DNA of 64,000 bases from Lytechinus pictus (GCF_037042905.1 NC_087251.1:48734001-48798000); one strand, 5' to 3'. Shown: positions 13,000 to 27,248, numbered from the stretch's first letter. The notes: generated from the sequence alone by a model not told the origin. Program-made: numbers and translations.

Positions 13000-15186
13000 C
13001 GCTGTCGAAGCGAAGATTCCCTTGCACGGCCTACGTACCATGGGGCAAATTATTCGAGGCAATTACGCGTAACTACGCAGACCTGTTGATTTGGTGGAAA
13101 TACAGAAAAAATACTTGAACTAATCGGACTCATTTTTAGTTGTTAGTATATTAAATGAAGCTCGAAAATGCCATGGGCAAATACTCCCTAGCTTTGATGA
13201 GCTCAAATGATTCACTACTAAGTCAGTCATATGTGCACCGTCATTTTTGTAATTTCAAAATGTTGGATTAAAGTTGTTGACGAGTAATTTTTTTCAAATC
13301 ATTCGGAAGAAGCACCGCGCCGTTTTCTTAGATTCTGCGCGTGTTTGGATGAACACGATGAGTATACAGTAGCTTGTGTATACAAAATAAATCATATATA
13401 TATAACAGGAACTTGTATACAAAATAAAACATAATAGTGAACAGTGAACAGCACATCACTAGAGGTGTTCAAGTCAAAGATCGAAAAGAGCTACCTACGA
13501 TACGACTAAATATCACCGTGCCCTCTCTCACCCGCTGCATTCATACCAATTGGTCCAGCAGTGTACACATCCAGATCCAGATCCAGAGCAACAAAAACCG
13601 GATGCAGGAGAAGAGATACATAATTATGAACATCAGTTATGTTGTAAGTAAACATTTAATATGTTGATATTCTTGTATGATAGGAAAACCTCTGCCGTTG
13701 AAAAGGATATATCTTTGATGCGCTGGTGAATAATCTTAAAAAGGAAAGTATATAGTTAATATTTTCAATTAATATATTTAGTAGTAGATACAATTAATAT
13801 TAAATTGTAATTAATAAATAAGCATAACGATCTAAATAAATGTTGGCTCATTGTTATTCATGAAGGTTCATCGGCATGTTTGTAATGGTTTCCTGGAATT
13901 GTTGATTTCCTTGTTTTTCTTTCCTGATTAGAGGGTCACATCATTCATGGACCATGGTCACGTGTCAAAACATGTACTCATCGGTTGTCGTTTACATGGC
14001 TTTATTCAGAGAATTACACGTTTTGTAACAATGACCCAAAATAGACCAATGTCCTCTAATTCCCTCAGTTCGGAATCCGTTCGACATTATTATGAAATAA
14101 GTCACTGTCATTTATTTCGTAAGTGCTGGTGGCATCTTTCCTCTCCCATTGACGATGTATAGAATCACCACACTACACGAAAAGAGAGATGAGGTATTCA
14201 CGACAATGCCCTAAGTTCATATTGATTTTATTTCATGTTTTTTCTTCACTTTCTTTATTCAAACAATAGTATTGTAATTCAATCTTTAATCGTTTTTTTT
14301 TTCTTCAAATGTGCATATGTGCTTCCAATTACATTTTAAGTGACCATGTAAAAAATCTGCACATTTGGTATTCCAGACAGTGTTTTTATTTTCTGCCATG
14401 TTCCAAATTTCATGTCCCTTTAAAATTATTATTATATCCAAAACTAAGACCCAATAGCTAACCTTGGCCTAAAACCATGGGACTGTGGGCTATAGCGCCA
14501 GTGTCAAAATTTTGGGGCGGGAAGACGCCCACCCGCTGTTGCTATATAATGGCAAAAAATGCGTGAAAGGAAAAACAGGAAGAAAAAGAAACAAAATAGA
14601 GAAAAGCAAAGGTTGCCAAACCAGAAGCGATTAAAGAAAAGACATTTTTTAAATGGTTGTTATGGTTGTGTTTTTTAAGTACAAGTTGTCACTCTATCAA
14701 CAAAACTGTTCGAATACAAATGGCGCCATCTTTCGATCAGATTTCGTAAACATTCGTTTTTGCAAGATTTAAGATTCTTCTTTTGCTCATGGTGTCACGA
14801 GCAGGAAGGCAAAAAATATTCATTCGACCAAACCCATTCGATTTTTTTTTTATTTGATATAGCTGACTGACAAAAGTGTATGAATATGATTGGCCATCTA
14901 AAACTGATTCTAGGATGGGCAAATAATGGATTTCTTTTTCCCGAATTAAGAAGAAATATCATTTCACTTTTAGAACTTTTTGACTGGCGGAAGATTTCAT
15001 GCTATTTTACTGGTTGAGGTGATGAATTTGATACCGTCTTCATATTCTTTTTGTAAATGAGCCGGTCGGGGTACCCTTCTCTGGTCAGATATGGAATTTA
15101 CTTTTACTAATCATTCGATCCTCTATTTTCACCTTTATTTTGTAATTTTATGGGGAATAACATCCAATACGATATGGCGTGCCAGT

Positions 15187-15266
15187 CACTAGCGTACTTT
15201 TTTTTTTTTCTTTTTTTTTTTGCTTGTCAAATTTTTTTCTGGTACGAAATCCTTCATTTGTGATTG

Positions 15267-15303
<37 letters not shown>

Positions 15304-15442
15304 TGTCAAATGTTTTTCTGGTACGAAATCCTTCATTTGTGATTGAAGACCTTTTTTTTTTTTTTTTTTTTTGCTTGTCAAATTTTTTGGCGGACGGTTT
15401 TGCCCCCCCCCCCCCCTGTGAAAAATCCCAGGTACGCCACTG
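15187..15442. mobile_element. hAT-type MITE
   Basis: Termini CACTAGCGTAC / GTACGCCACTG; exact 8-bp TSD GTGCCAGT at 15179-15186 and 15443-15450; internal poly-T separated repeats. Confidence 0.8.
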
Positions 15443-18414
15443 GTGCCAGTATAATGATTCATTGTCTTTTCACACTTTAGTCCAAAGTAAAACTCAAACA
15501 TTACAAAAATCGTAATATTAGGGTCTAATGGTCACAATCATTCTATGAGAATGACAATATTATGTCTTAACATGGGTTCTTCGCATTTTTATTCATCCGT
15601 AATATCTACGACACACGATCCACTAATCAAGTCAAGCACGAGTTAATTTATCTTTTTCTTTTCACGTTAAATTGATATTTGAGTTGGGTATTAAAGGGAT
15701 CGTTTAACATTGTGAGAAGCTGATTTAAAAAATTCTCAAATTAAGATGAATTATGTTTATGAGTTTATGTACTTGTTCTAAGAAACCCTGGAAATCATCT
15801 TTATTTTGAATGAAAAGTTGTTAGAAGGTAGGTAAATGTGATTATATTAGAACTCGTCTACTAGACGATCTCCCAAATTACTGTGACATCCCGATTTGAA
15901 AATAAAATTGTATGCCTCCCTCTGCGTTGAGATCGTAACGGACACGCAAGCGAGAACTGTCAATCAACCAACAGTGAATGGGGGCAAGGCCGCTCCGGCC
16001 GGCATGCACTGAGAATTGTAAACATTACATGCAGCGCATGTTCTCTGCTCGCTCGTTTATGTGCCTTGACGGTTCTAGTCGAAGCAGAGAAAGTATTATG
16101 AAAGAAGAAAAACAGATTCTGATAGCGCAACGAAAGATATGTACAGACCATCTAAGATAAGAAAAATGCAGACTTACTGACTCCTCGCCGGGATGGTAGT
16201 AATGTGGCAAATTTGGGGCGATGTACTTTAATATTACATGAAGATAAAGCGAAAGTGTAGCACCAGAATAAAATATGTGCGATCCAGAACATCATACATG
16301 TACTTGAGAATAGAATAAGAACATGTGGTCTCTCGAGCTCTGCGTGTGTCGTGAGCTGAGGCATGGACCATGGCTAGCTGAGGGAAGGATGGCTTTATCC
16401 CATGCGTGAACGTTTCGTTGTTTATGTGGGTATGCAAATGACTTGGTATTACGTAAGACTCTTCCCATATCGCTCGAAAAATGAACATAATACAGGACAT
16501 TCATTTTTAATTGTGCAGTCACATGATTATAACATTTCATTTATTCAAGACTGTTTCTCTAATGGGCCGAGCACCTTTTTGAGAGCAGTAATCAAAACTG
16601 TAGTAAATCTGCCATATTTTATTCACGTATGCACTCCCTTCCTTTGAACACGAGGTCCTTTCTTCTTCTTCTTTTGCTTGACAAATTTTTGGCGAAATAC
16701 CTTTAGATTGTAAATTTTTAGATGAAAACCTTTTTTTTTTTTTTTTTTTTGCTTTTCAAAATTTTCTCATGAATTATGCCTCCTCCCTTTAGAAAAACCT
16801 GGATCCACCCCTGCACAACGTAAAGCTGTCCACCCCCCCCCCCCTCCAACACATAACTGCACAGCCCAACAACCAATGTAACGAACATTTTTATAATAAT
16901 TATATAAAAAGATTTGGTGCAGCATAAATTATATAAAATATAAAGGTATATGCTGGGGATAAAAAGGACATAAAAATAATTGCATTATTCTGTGGCCGGC
17001 GGCGAAAGCATAAAAATATTAGATTCTGGATTGGCGGTGTTCCGGCGGTGTTGAAGCATGATCTTCCGCCGCCAGTGCCAGAATGTATATTTTTACGTAC
17101 TTGGGGGGGGGGGGGGTAAGAAATATTTCCATCCACATTTCTTCCACATCGGCTGATAAATGCTTAATTATTATCATTTAGGGGGGGGGGGGTGTCCCAT
17201 GCAACTAAAGTCTGAATTTTTAAGTACATCGTAGCTTTATTCTTACAATCATGGACCTACTATGGCCTAAATTAATGATGCGAGCGCGAAGCGCGCAAGG
17301 TAATTTTTATTTTTATATTTCGCCTTGAAAAGAAATATAGGAGCGCGAACTTTTTTTATGAACATGAACATCTTAAACGGGTCATTCTACTCACTTTTGG
17401 TAATCACGCAGGGTATGTTCATCTTAAACAATTCGATTTGATTTATTGTTCTCGTAAATGCGTATTAGCATTTTCATAACAAAAGAAACATAATATCGTT
17501 TAAAATTTTGGCATGAATAATAGAGTGTACTTATTAAAAATATGATTCAACCCACACACACCAAATGATCCACACCCAACATATTATGATATTAACAGGA
17601 TCGAGGATTGTCATTATAAGCACATTGCTTGGAAAAAAATAACTGAAAACCCGAGATTCAAACTTATTATATTGCATTGATTATACAACAGAATGGTGCG
17701 AGCGCGGAACACGAAGAACGAGTTGAAAATTATTAATATTTTGACATGAAGAGCTGAATCGGGTCATTCTAATCAAATACGGTCTTATGGTAAGTATAAA
17801 GTTTATACGCCAAGCGGGCTGATATTTGTTGAAATTAAGATCTTAATACGAAACATTGTATAAACTGTTTTGGAATATTGCTGCATATTTTCCTGAATAA
17901 TGATAAGAGCGCATGTAAAACACAAGCTGATTTAAAAAAAAAGTATATTCGCGATTGATTTTTTTTGTATAAGGATTTCTACTTTTTCTGTTTTCAAATC
18001 GTTCCTCTTTTCTTATTTCATTCACTTTTCTTCTTCTTATATCCTTTCTTATCGTTCCTCTCTATTTGCCCTTTCTCTAGGCATAGATAGCAAAGCCCCA
18101 AGAAACTCCAGAATCCTGAGACGTCCAGATGGTATTTTGTACAAAAAAATGAAGTCACCAATCTAAAAATGTCACTTTAATCCGATTTTAAAAAATGTGG
18201 AAAGACACATGCAGGGTTCGGCGACAGGGCATATAAAGTTTAGGAATAAAATAGAGAAATGCCAGTAAACGCAAAGAGTTGAATTTGAAAAGTTTTTCGA
18301 TTTTATATTAAAATCCTACATTTTTATTTCAATAGCATGTTCGTGATATTACTTATAACCCCTTATAACATAGCATTATGAAGGGTTATATATAGATATT
18401 CCCGTGATGCACAT

Positions 18415-18702
18415 CAGTGTTTCCACTCCTCCCGAAATTCCGAAAATTTCGGGAAATTTTACCTTTTCCAGGAAAGGTTCCGAATGAAACAAATCCATGC
18501 AGGAAATTTCGGGAAATCCAAAGATTACAAGTAAACAATAATTAAACATAACAACTGTCAACATTCATGTTATATTTTTTTAATTGTTTGCTGAAAGTTT
18601 CGGCTGGCTACATTTTTGTACAATTTTTGTTAAAATCAAACTAAAAATTCTAGGAAATGTCTATAAATTCGAGAAGTTTGTTTTGGATCTGTGGAAACAC
18701 CG
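18415..18702. mobile_element. MITE with 8-bp TSD (hAT or P type)
   Basis: TIR CAGTGTTTCCAC / GTGGAAACACCG; exact TSD ATGCACAT at 18407-18414 and 18703-18710; internal CCGAAA(T)TTTCGGG repeats. Confidence 0.8.
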
Positions 18703-21669
18703 ATGCACATGGCCGTTGTAAGCGGGGGTGCTAAATCACCTCCAATATTTATATGGGGGTGATGTACAGGTTTGATCCAAACACCTTCATTTTGGTGCGG
18801 AAAACAAACTTTTTATTTTTTATTGTATGATTATTTTGCTTTAAATTTTAAGTATTTTCCTTTGTCAAAACTGCTATTTTGGTATTATTGGTTTTAGTAA
18901 ACATGTAATATTCATCTTTTTCTTATTTTTATTTTCACAGTTTTCCTTTCTTTTCTTTTTTCTTTCTTTCTTTCTTTCTTTTAAGGGGGTAACTACCCCA
19001 CTTATCTAAAATTTAGGAGGGCGTGCCCCTTCCCCTCGCTTCCATTTATCGCTACCTTTCCCATTCCCTTCGTTAGTCTGGTAACCTTATTTCGACGTCA
19101 AAGAGTCCACTCTATTGTTCTACAACACAACGAACATGACTAAAGAAAGAAAATTGGGAGAGAGAAGTAAAATGAAAGGATCTGAAAACGAAAATAAAAC
19201 GACGTGTGACCAGGTTGAATTCTCTTATTCACAAAGTGCAACACTGGACATGGAGGAATGGGGGGTCTGAACATGTGATTTTTGAAATCTTGAAATGAAA
19301 ATCATTACATCATTATGGAATATAAACAGGGGAAAAGACAAACAAGAACATAGCAGACATTTTCGTTTCTAATATTAAAATGTCCTTTATTTTTTCTCCT
19401 ATTTCTTGTCTTGTCCAAGGTTGGAGGTTGGTTGCTAGCGACCCCCTCCCTTCACGCTAGCGCATTTACACACTGACGAGGCGGATCGGAGAGATGAAAT
19501 CATATATCTCCAGAATGGACGATGAAAAAAAAATTAAAATTATTGAAAGGGGGAGCGGGAACGCTATAGATTATGCCTATACCTGCGGCCCCCTAAAAAA
19601 AATGTAGACGAGGGAAGTGGAAGGGGCGATTAGCGTATAAGTTCTAAGTAATGATAATAATAGTAATAAAATAATATAATATTTGTATAGCACACGTGTC
19701 CATCTTTTTAGGTGCTCAAGGTGCCCATGTATTATTATCACTGCTTGATTCGTGTGATCAAAACGAACATACCTATAATCCTTTATTTGAGCCCCTCCCC
19801 CGCGCGAACGAAAAACACTACGAACTTCCACAACCATGCAAGGGAGAGGGGGGGGGGGGGGAGAAGTGGTGTTCATTTTCAAAAGTGATTATATTATTTT
19901 ATTTTTTGCTCACGAGCTACACTCCATCGTAAATGTTCAAAATGTTTGTCGGTATAGCCCTTGATTCTACAAATGTATATCGGTAACGTGTACCGACGTC
20001 AGCTATACGACCATGAGTCTTGGAAGTGTTCAACACTCTCCTCAGTCACATTTTCTTCCACCATACCCAGGGCAGTACAGGCTTTCATCAGTTAAAGGTA
20101 GGGGTGGGAATTATCATTCACACTTTCCCGATAGGCCGCCAAAATCATTTTTTTTTTTTTTTTTTTTTTTTTTTGGGGGGGGGGGGCATTATTCACGTTA
20201 TTATTTATTTATTTATTCATTTATATATTAGAGGGCTTGACCTAATTAAAGATCGAAGTTCTAATACAGTCTTATCTTACCTTATCTCATGAGGTCTAAA
20301 TATATCACATGCAAGCTAAATTTATTGTATATTTTTATTTAGAACTGAGAATTGAATATTCTGGGCAGTTATTGTAATCATGAAGAAGATGCGTATCTAA
20401 CGAAAAGATTCGTGCGAGCGCGAAACACAGAAGTAATTTTTAATATACTCACCTACAAAAGTATTCGTTTTGCAGTGACTCATGAATGTACATGTAATAC
20501 AAATCTCACCAATCAATAAAATGCGAGAGCGAGTTGTACATTTTCAATATCTGGGACAGAAAAATGTATATTCGAATCACATTTTCAACCATAAATTGGA
20601 TGGATATATAAGCATAACTTTATGATGCGAGCGTGCATGAAGCGCGAACAGAAATTCTAATTTTCCGCCCGAAACTCGGACAATCTAAGCACTTTTTCTG
20701 TCATGTACAATATGAGTATTATTGAGAACTGAACATGTTAACCACGTTTTGAAATCATAACCAGGATGAGTATGTAATCAAACAATTAATGCGAGCGCGA
20801 AGCGCGAGCTGATTATTTTTTTTTTAAATTCAGATCTAAAAACTGGAAAGTTCAAGTCCGTTTTTTATTTAAAGAAGAAACGTCATATTAGAGAATTAGA
20901 CGCGAGGTGATTTTCCCCCTGGATTTAGACCTAAAACAAGACATAAAAAGCAATGGAACCATGAACAGAATGGCTATATATATATATATATATATAACTC
21001 AACAATCGATTAGAGCGCGGAGCGCAAGCTGATATTTCTTCCGACATGAAAAGTGGACTTTATTACATGGCGTATCTAGCCGGGGCGGCAATGGAGGCAC
21101 GTGTCCCGGGTGCTACTTTCAGTGGTACAAAAACGGGAGATAGATGCAAAGAAAGAACGGAAAAAAATGAATAGAAAAAGCAAAGGAATTAAGACGCTGA
21201 ACAAAGGAATACCGCTGACGGTAATACCCCCGTTCTCTGTACCATTAATGCACTTTTCAACATAAAAAAATAATCTTGCATGTCTTTACCCAGGGATGAA
21301 TATTCGTGCAACTTTTAATTAGTGATATACTTATATTCTCTCCATGAATTCCAACAAACACTCCTTATAAAAAAAAAATAGTTTTTTAAACTCAAATGTC
21401 ATAACTTTTCATCTATAGCTACGAGTTTGCATTATTTTTATACCTTTCTTTTCATTAATTCTTGCAAACAGTTCGAAAATATAATTTTCTGGTTTGTCAA
21501 AGCTTCTCACCACGCTCTGATTTTGATGAGGGAGATAAAAACTCTCCATTAGACATTTTTAGGTGAGGATATACAAAATATCATCTCGCGCTTCGCGCTC
21601 ACATTAGGGCCTACCCCGATGAGATACGTATCCTTTTCATGAATTCCTACAAAAAGCCCCTAAAATTAT

Positions 21670-22870
21670 CCATGCTTTGATTTCCTCCCGATTAGATTTT
21701 TCAAACTCATTGTTCTTTAACCTCCCACAAAAAGATTGGACAAAACTTCAACGTCTACAAAACTCTGCTGCCCGTCTCCTAACATACACTAAAAAGTATG
21801 ACTCCATCTCGCCAATCCTCCAGTCCTTACATTGGCTGCCTGTTGATAAAAGAATCTCCTTCAAAATTATTTTACTATTATTCAATTTATTCTCTCTTCC
21901 CCCACATATCTCCGCAGCTCTATCTCAAAATATCAGCCTTCACGCAGTCTCCGCTCATCATTCTGATGCTCTATTGCTCCAGACACCCAGAACCAAACAC
22001 AAATGGGGGGATGCATTCTCTGTTATACCCTTTTTACACACGCTAAAATTTCCTTAACCCCGTACTATAGGTGGGGCTAAATTGCCATTTAGCCCCACCT
22101 ATAGTACGGGGTTAAGCTTAGCCCACTTTCTTTTTACACAGCATTTTTGCAAAGTGGGCTAACCCCACCTTTAGTACGGGATTATTTGGCCCTGCAAAAA
22201 AGCAGGGTTATCCCAGCAATTGCGGTGCTAAGAGCGATAGTACGGGGTTAAGATCGCTAGTGTAAAACGAAAGTGGGCTAAGCTTAACCCCGTACTGTAG
22301 GTGGGGCTAAATGGCAATTTAGCCCCACCTATATTACGGGGTTAAGGAAATTTTAGCGTGTGTAAAAAGGTACGAGTGAAGTACTTGTACTACGAATGAT
22401 CGACAAAAACCACTAGTCCGGGGTTAGCGAGTTTCGTGTGTGAAAAGCAAGCATTCCTTATCCGGGGTTAGCGATAACAATTTGGCATGTGTGAAAAGGA
22501 AAAAAAAATAGTACGGGGTTAAGGATAGTACGGGGTTAGCGATAGTCCGGGGTTAAGAAAATCCTGTGTAAAAAGGGTATTATAGGACCAAAGCTATGGA
22601 ATCGATTGCCTATCCAATTACGCCAAATTTTCATCAACAGAAACATTCAAGTCCCAGTGAAAACTAAATTTTGATCTCCCATTAACATTCAGGAGAATTC
22701 AAATTCTATTCTTTTTCGTTTTCTATTGTTGTTGGGTGTTGTGTTTATTTTTCTACAAGCGCCATGAGCACCGAAAGGTGGACGCGTGCGCTATATAAGA
22801 AGCCACCAATATTATTATTATTATTGTTATTATTATTATTATAATTATTATCATTATCATCATTATTATT
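21670..22870 (+). mobile_element. 5'-truncated L2-group LINE 3' end, interrupted by a MITE
   Basis: ISSRLDFSNSL...KLQRLQNSAARLL...ISPILQSLHWLPV..RI.FKI is the classic L2 ORF2 C-terminus. The frame resumes after the MITE (AFSVI|GPKLWNRLP). The 3' end has AAGCGCCATGAGCA...GTGCGCTATATAA followed by a (TAT)n tail. Confidence 0.85.
22026..22579. mobile_element. PIF/Harbinger-type MITE with nested palindromes
   Basis: TIR TACCCTTTTTACACA / TGTGTAAAAAGGGTA; TTA TSD at 22023-22025 and 22580-22582. Removing it restores the LINE reading frame. Confidence 0.85.
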
Positions 22871-25800
22871 AAGATTTCCCCTCAATATTAATTTTTCAGC
22901 TCGCCCCTCGTGCTTGCATGAAATGCTTAATTAGATCGGACAAGCATCGATATGTCCCGATTGTAGGTCTCAATATCAATAATTTTCGGCTCGCGCTTCG
23001 CGAATGCGTTCATTGTCTGGATATGCATCATGTTAATTATTACAAAAAGTGCTTAGAATATTCCTTTTTAAGATCTTAATACTGAAAATAATAGGCACGT
23101 GCTTAGCGCTCGCATACGTTGTTTTCGTTAGATACGCATCATTTTCATGATAAAAAAACCCCGGACTAGAATATTATGTTTTATTTTGACTGGTCGAGTG
23201 CAGAGTATATACACAATAGACCTATATTTTGAAAGGGGTGCGATTTTAGCACTTGCCCGGGCCTCGTTTGTTCTAGATACGCCACTGTGGACATGGTGGA
23301 CATTAAATTAAACAATGCGAGCGAATAGCGCGAGCTGAATATTATTATGGCCCGACAACTGGACATTCTAAGCAGGTTTTTTTAATGTAAATATCAAATT
23401 ATATGTACCTCAGTAAACAATAATTGCAAGCGCGAAGCACAATAAGCTATTTTTTACATGTAGACATAAAAACTAGACATTCCTTTTGCACTTCTTGTAA
23501 TAATGAATACGAAGGGTATATCATGCTCAACAATATATTTTTTTTTAATATATAATTGATCATGACTGGACGTTGTAAAACAATAAAGAACAAGCTGTTT
23601 GTAGCGCGAACTAAATTTACTGACATAAAAGTGAATATTTTAAAAGTGCTGCCCAACACGTAAGAAACTTGTGAAGATGATAATGGAACAGTCTGAATGA
23701 TGCGAGCGCGAAGCGCGAGCTAACAATAATATTTTGGCGACTGGGACATATGGCCGGGCAATTTTAATCACTGTACGTAAAAAATAATGGGCTTGATTGT
23801 AAGGCGATTTAGACCTAAAACCTATATACATTCAAATCTCTCTCGGAACATGAAGCAATTAATTAGAACCGCCCTGTGTGACAGTATATTCTAATCACTG
23901 TCGGTATAGCATATATATACACGGAGTAATGGAACATTCCTTCGTGACCCAACAGTTATATCATTTTTCCGGTAGGCGTCAGTCCGACAGCCTCTTTTCT
24001 TTTCATTTTTTTTCTTTCCTTCTTCCACTTTTCTTCTTTCTCTTCTTCCCCATCCTCACTTCTATTTTCCCCCTCTCCCCCTTACCCCGACATGGGAAGG
24101 GGGGGGGTCATACCCTGTTAGAGACGGCCTTTCAATATCGACGGAAATACAATTATGCTCATTCACAAGAATTTGTTTTACAATACACGAATTTAAGTGT
24201 ATTGTTATGTGATAGTTGTGGTGATGATGTATGACTAATTGTTCCATGGAATTTGAATGTTTCAGTGATTGGATCGAGCAGAAAAGGGAACTTTTGTGAT
24301 TGATAACGTTTGACTAATTACACTATTTCATTTTTCATTATTTTCCCCAAATGAATGATATCATGAGGATATATTATTTTACATTTGTTTTATATTGATT
24401 TGTTATACTCGTATTTATTAGAAATTTTCATATTGTAATGCTAATTTAATTAATTTATTTTTAGGGACCCCGGGGAAGAACAGGTTGGCTATTAATAGCC
24501 AATATGAAACGGGTCTATCCCTACGATTCTGTATTACATGCATTGTAAGCTTCATTACTGTTATATTGTTAATTTGTTATATTGTTTTTTTTTTATTATT
24601 TGATTATGTAATGTTATTTTGTTTATATTTATGCATTTTTTTTATCGTGAATAAAACCATGCAACCAACCAACCAATATAAACAATACCAGATCGAAGGT
24701 AAAGGATGCTTCATATACGCTGAGGTTTCATATAAATTGTATGAAGAAAATCAATAACCAATTTACAGGTTTTCAGGTAAACGAGCTAGAAAAGAACACA
24801 AAACACTATTTTCACGTAAGGTTCATATAGTAATCAGGGATGTGTAAAAAAAATCAGACTTCTTTTTTACTGTAAAGAATTTACGGAAGGAGGATCGAGA
24901 GAGGGGAAGCAGAAGAAAAGAAAAGAGCGGCCGAAAGAAATGGAAAATGTAAAAGAAAAGTGATATGATTTGAAAGATGTCATGAGCGGATTATATGGCG
25001 GAGAAACTGAAAGAATTATTGACCCCAATCATGGATAAAATTAAATACGATTCCTACCCCTTACAAAAAAACCATTCAAAAAAAAAAAAAAAAAAAAAAA
25101 AAGTTTATGGATAATAATTTGTAGGTCTAATAGTCATTATAGTCCGGGGTCTAGGAGTTGAGATGTCTTGGGTTTGCAACTACCCTATCTACCACGTTCC
25201 ATATAGTTTCTCCCCCGGAGTTTCTCATAAGCATCTTACGTGAAGATAGGCCTACCGAAGATTTTGATGGGATGGGAAATCCGGGATGGGAATATCTTTG
25301 TTTGGGGGAGCTCGTGGAGAACGTAAAAAAAAAAACACACACACACACAAAAAAAAAAAAAAAAACACGATGGTGGATGTTTCCATGCCAGGGGGGGGGG
25401 GGGAAGGAGAGGTCACTGCCTTTATTCCGAGTTCCTATCCAGCTATGCCCCGTGCATGTAAACATGCACATGATGACACACGAAGGCCTGTGACTACGTG
25501 GACGTAACATGACCAGAGTGGAGTTCGGATACATATTACAGCTCCATGATATTGCATTACATGGAGCTATATTGCATTCTCTTCTCGAACCAGTCGACGG
25601 ACGTTTGCTATATCGTGACCAGGTAAAAGAGAATTATCAACAACCACAAGGATATCTTGTAGTGCATGCAAAGGTAAACTAAAGAAAAGAACAGAGGGGA
25701 TTTTTTTTTTTGGGGGGGGGCACAATATAGCTTCTGGAAAATCACGCTCCATCCCCGGCCCCCATGATCCACAAAAAAAAACTACTACTACTCTACACTG

Positions 25801-26224
25801 TAGATCCGAGATTGTATTTGTAGCCCCGGTTTGTCGCGTTCTTTTCTGTTGTTGTCGTTTTATTTGCTACTAATTTACGTCGCCAAAATATAAATTCATC
25901 AAAATCCCATGGTCTGTAACTAGTCTACAAAGTTCATTATGAGGCATACATGTAGCATATTCAAATGTACAGACCACAGACGGAATGGACATTCACGAGT
26001 TCGACACAGTTTGACAGTATGATCATGGACCTATGATATTCCCCCAATCGACACACACAGCTACACCCTTTCACACAGGCAATAAGCAACGCACATGCAT
26101 CGATCGCTTATCGCACACACCGAGCGGAGACATAGAAAAAAACCCAAAACAAACTAACTTCGCCCACAGATCACGCAAGAAGCGAAATTCCCCGTGGTAA
26201 GCTCCGCCTACTTTCTTGCATACA

Positions 26225-26240
26225 TCACAAGGTGGCGCTA
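26225..26240 (+). promoter_or_regulatory. Candidate CTCF-binding motif
   Basis: TCACAAGGTGGCGCTA resembles the CTCF core CCACCAGGGGGCGCTA; motif match only. Confidence 0.3.
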
Positions 26241-27248
26241 TATAATATCGATTTAAATTGGAAACGGAATCCTGAATCAACCGTCGAGAAGTGCATTTTT
26301 CTCTTCAAACATTGCCTCAGATTTTCAGTTTTTAAAAACACTTCCCGAACATGTTATGATCCCAAACTTTCACATGGGTATTTTTGAGCTGTTAGTCAAA
26401 TGTTCATACCATTTTCAAAAAGCAATATGATAATTTTTTAAATTGCTCACAAAGTGAAACAATCCCTTTAATAGTTTCACTGTGGGTACCATGATTTTTT
26501 TTACCCGTTTTGAGAGTTTCTTTACTCTCCTGTCGCATTTCGTTCGCCCGCAGCTTTGTAGAAATTATGCCCTATAGGGCCTATAGGCCTATATGCCATA
26601 TCTGGTCCCCTAAAACTTGTTGACTCGTTGTGCTACTGGCATGATGACATCACTTAAAATAAGTTTGCTTAATGTTTAAAACGTTTGTAGTTCGATTTAA
26701 ATCGTGTTTCGGTTTTTTTTTAATGTAGGCCCCTAAGCATTTCTATTGAATTTTACAGAATGTTGCACTTTATTCAATGCAGTGGCCGCGGAATCAGGAG
26801 AGGAAGTTTTTAGCCGCCGCACTTTTCAATAAACAAATGCAGAAATGTAAAAAATTAGAGTGGGCTACGTAACGCAAAGATTAGCGATCAATCGCTAAAT
26901 GAACTGACCAATCAATATCAATGTTACAAAAGTACTGGCCAGGAACCAATCAGTGCGGTTCTTTTATATTTGCATTCCATCGCAAACCTTTGTGTTACGG
27001 AGCCCTGATTGTGATTTTCTGAATTGTCAGCAGCCCCTCCCATTTTTCAAAACCGTCGACGGCGCAATGACCTTTTATTCAACAAGTGTTAAAACTTGGG
27101 TGTTAAAACCGACATCAGTTTGCTTCCCTATAGAGAACCCTGATTGAGGTGTTGAAATTACACTCTACATTGCGTATCAAAAAAGTTTACACTTCGAAAA
27201 AGCCCTGGAATTAAAAAATATACAACATGTGGGTAATTTGTCCACATA

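Larger units (their letters stand above)
17270..23830. repeat. Dispersed degenerate arrays built on the motif GCGAGCGCGAAGCGCGAGC
   Basis: The motif recurs about every 60-100 bp at 17280-17820, 20415-21030 and 22900-23720. It also occurs inside the elements at 38160-39035 and 62269-63142, where it behaves as an internal repeat of DNA transposons. Confidence 0.6.
15695..26467. mobile_element. Possible large Kolobok-type element (matching ends 10.8 kb apart), or two separate solo ends
   Basis: Left end TTAA-AGGGATCGTTTAACATTGTGAG...ATTTAAAAAATT; reverse complement of right end TTAA-AGGGATTGTTTCACTTTGTGAGCAATTTAAAAAATT. No transposase ORF recognised inside. Confidence 0.4.

Noticed and set aside
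15978..16160. THAP domain (KICTDH resembles RxCSxHF) inside the putative Kolobok element
   Set aside because: The N-terminal CxxxxC, FP and W motifs are not recognisable, and the frame stops right after the motif.
21066..23287. hAT element enclosing the L2 fragment (TGGCGTATCTAG ... CTAGATACGCCACTG)
   Set aside because: TIR-like ends are present, but the left terminus is damaged and no TSD could be verified.
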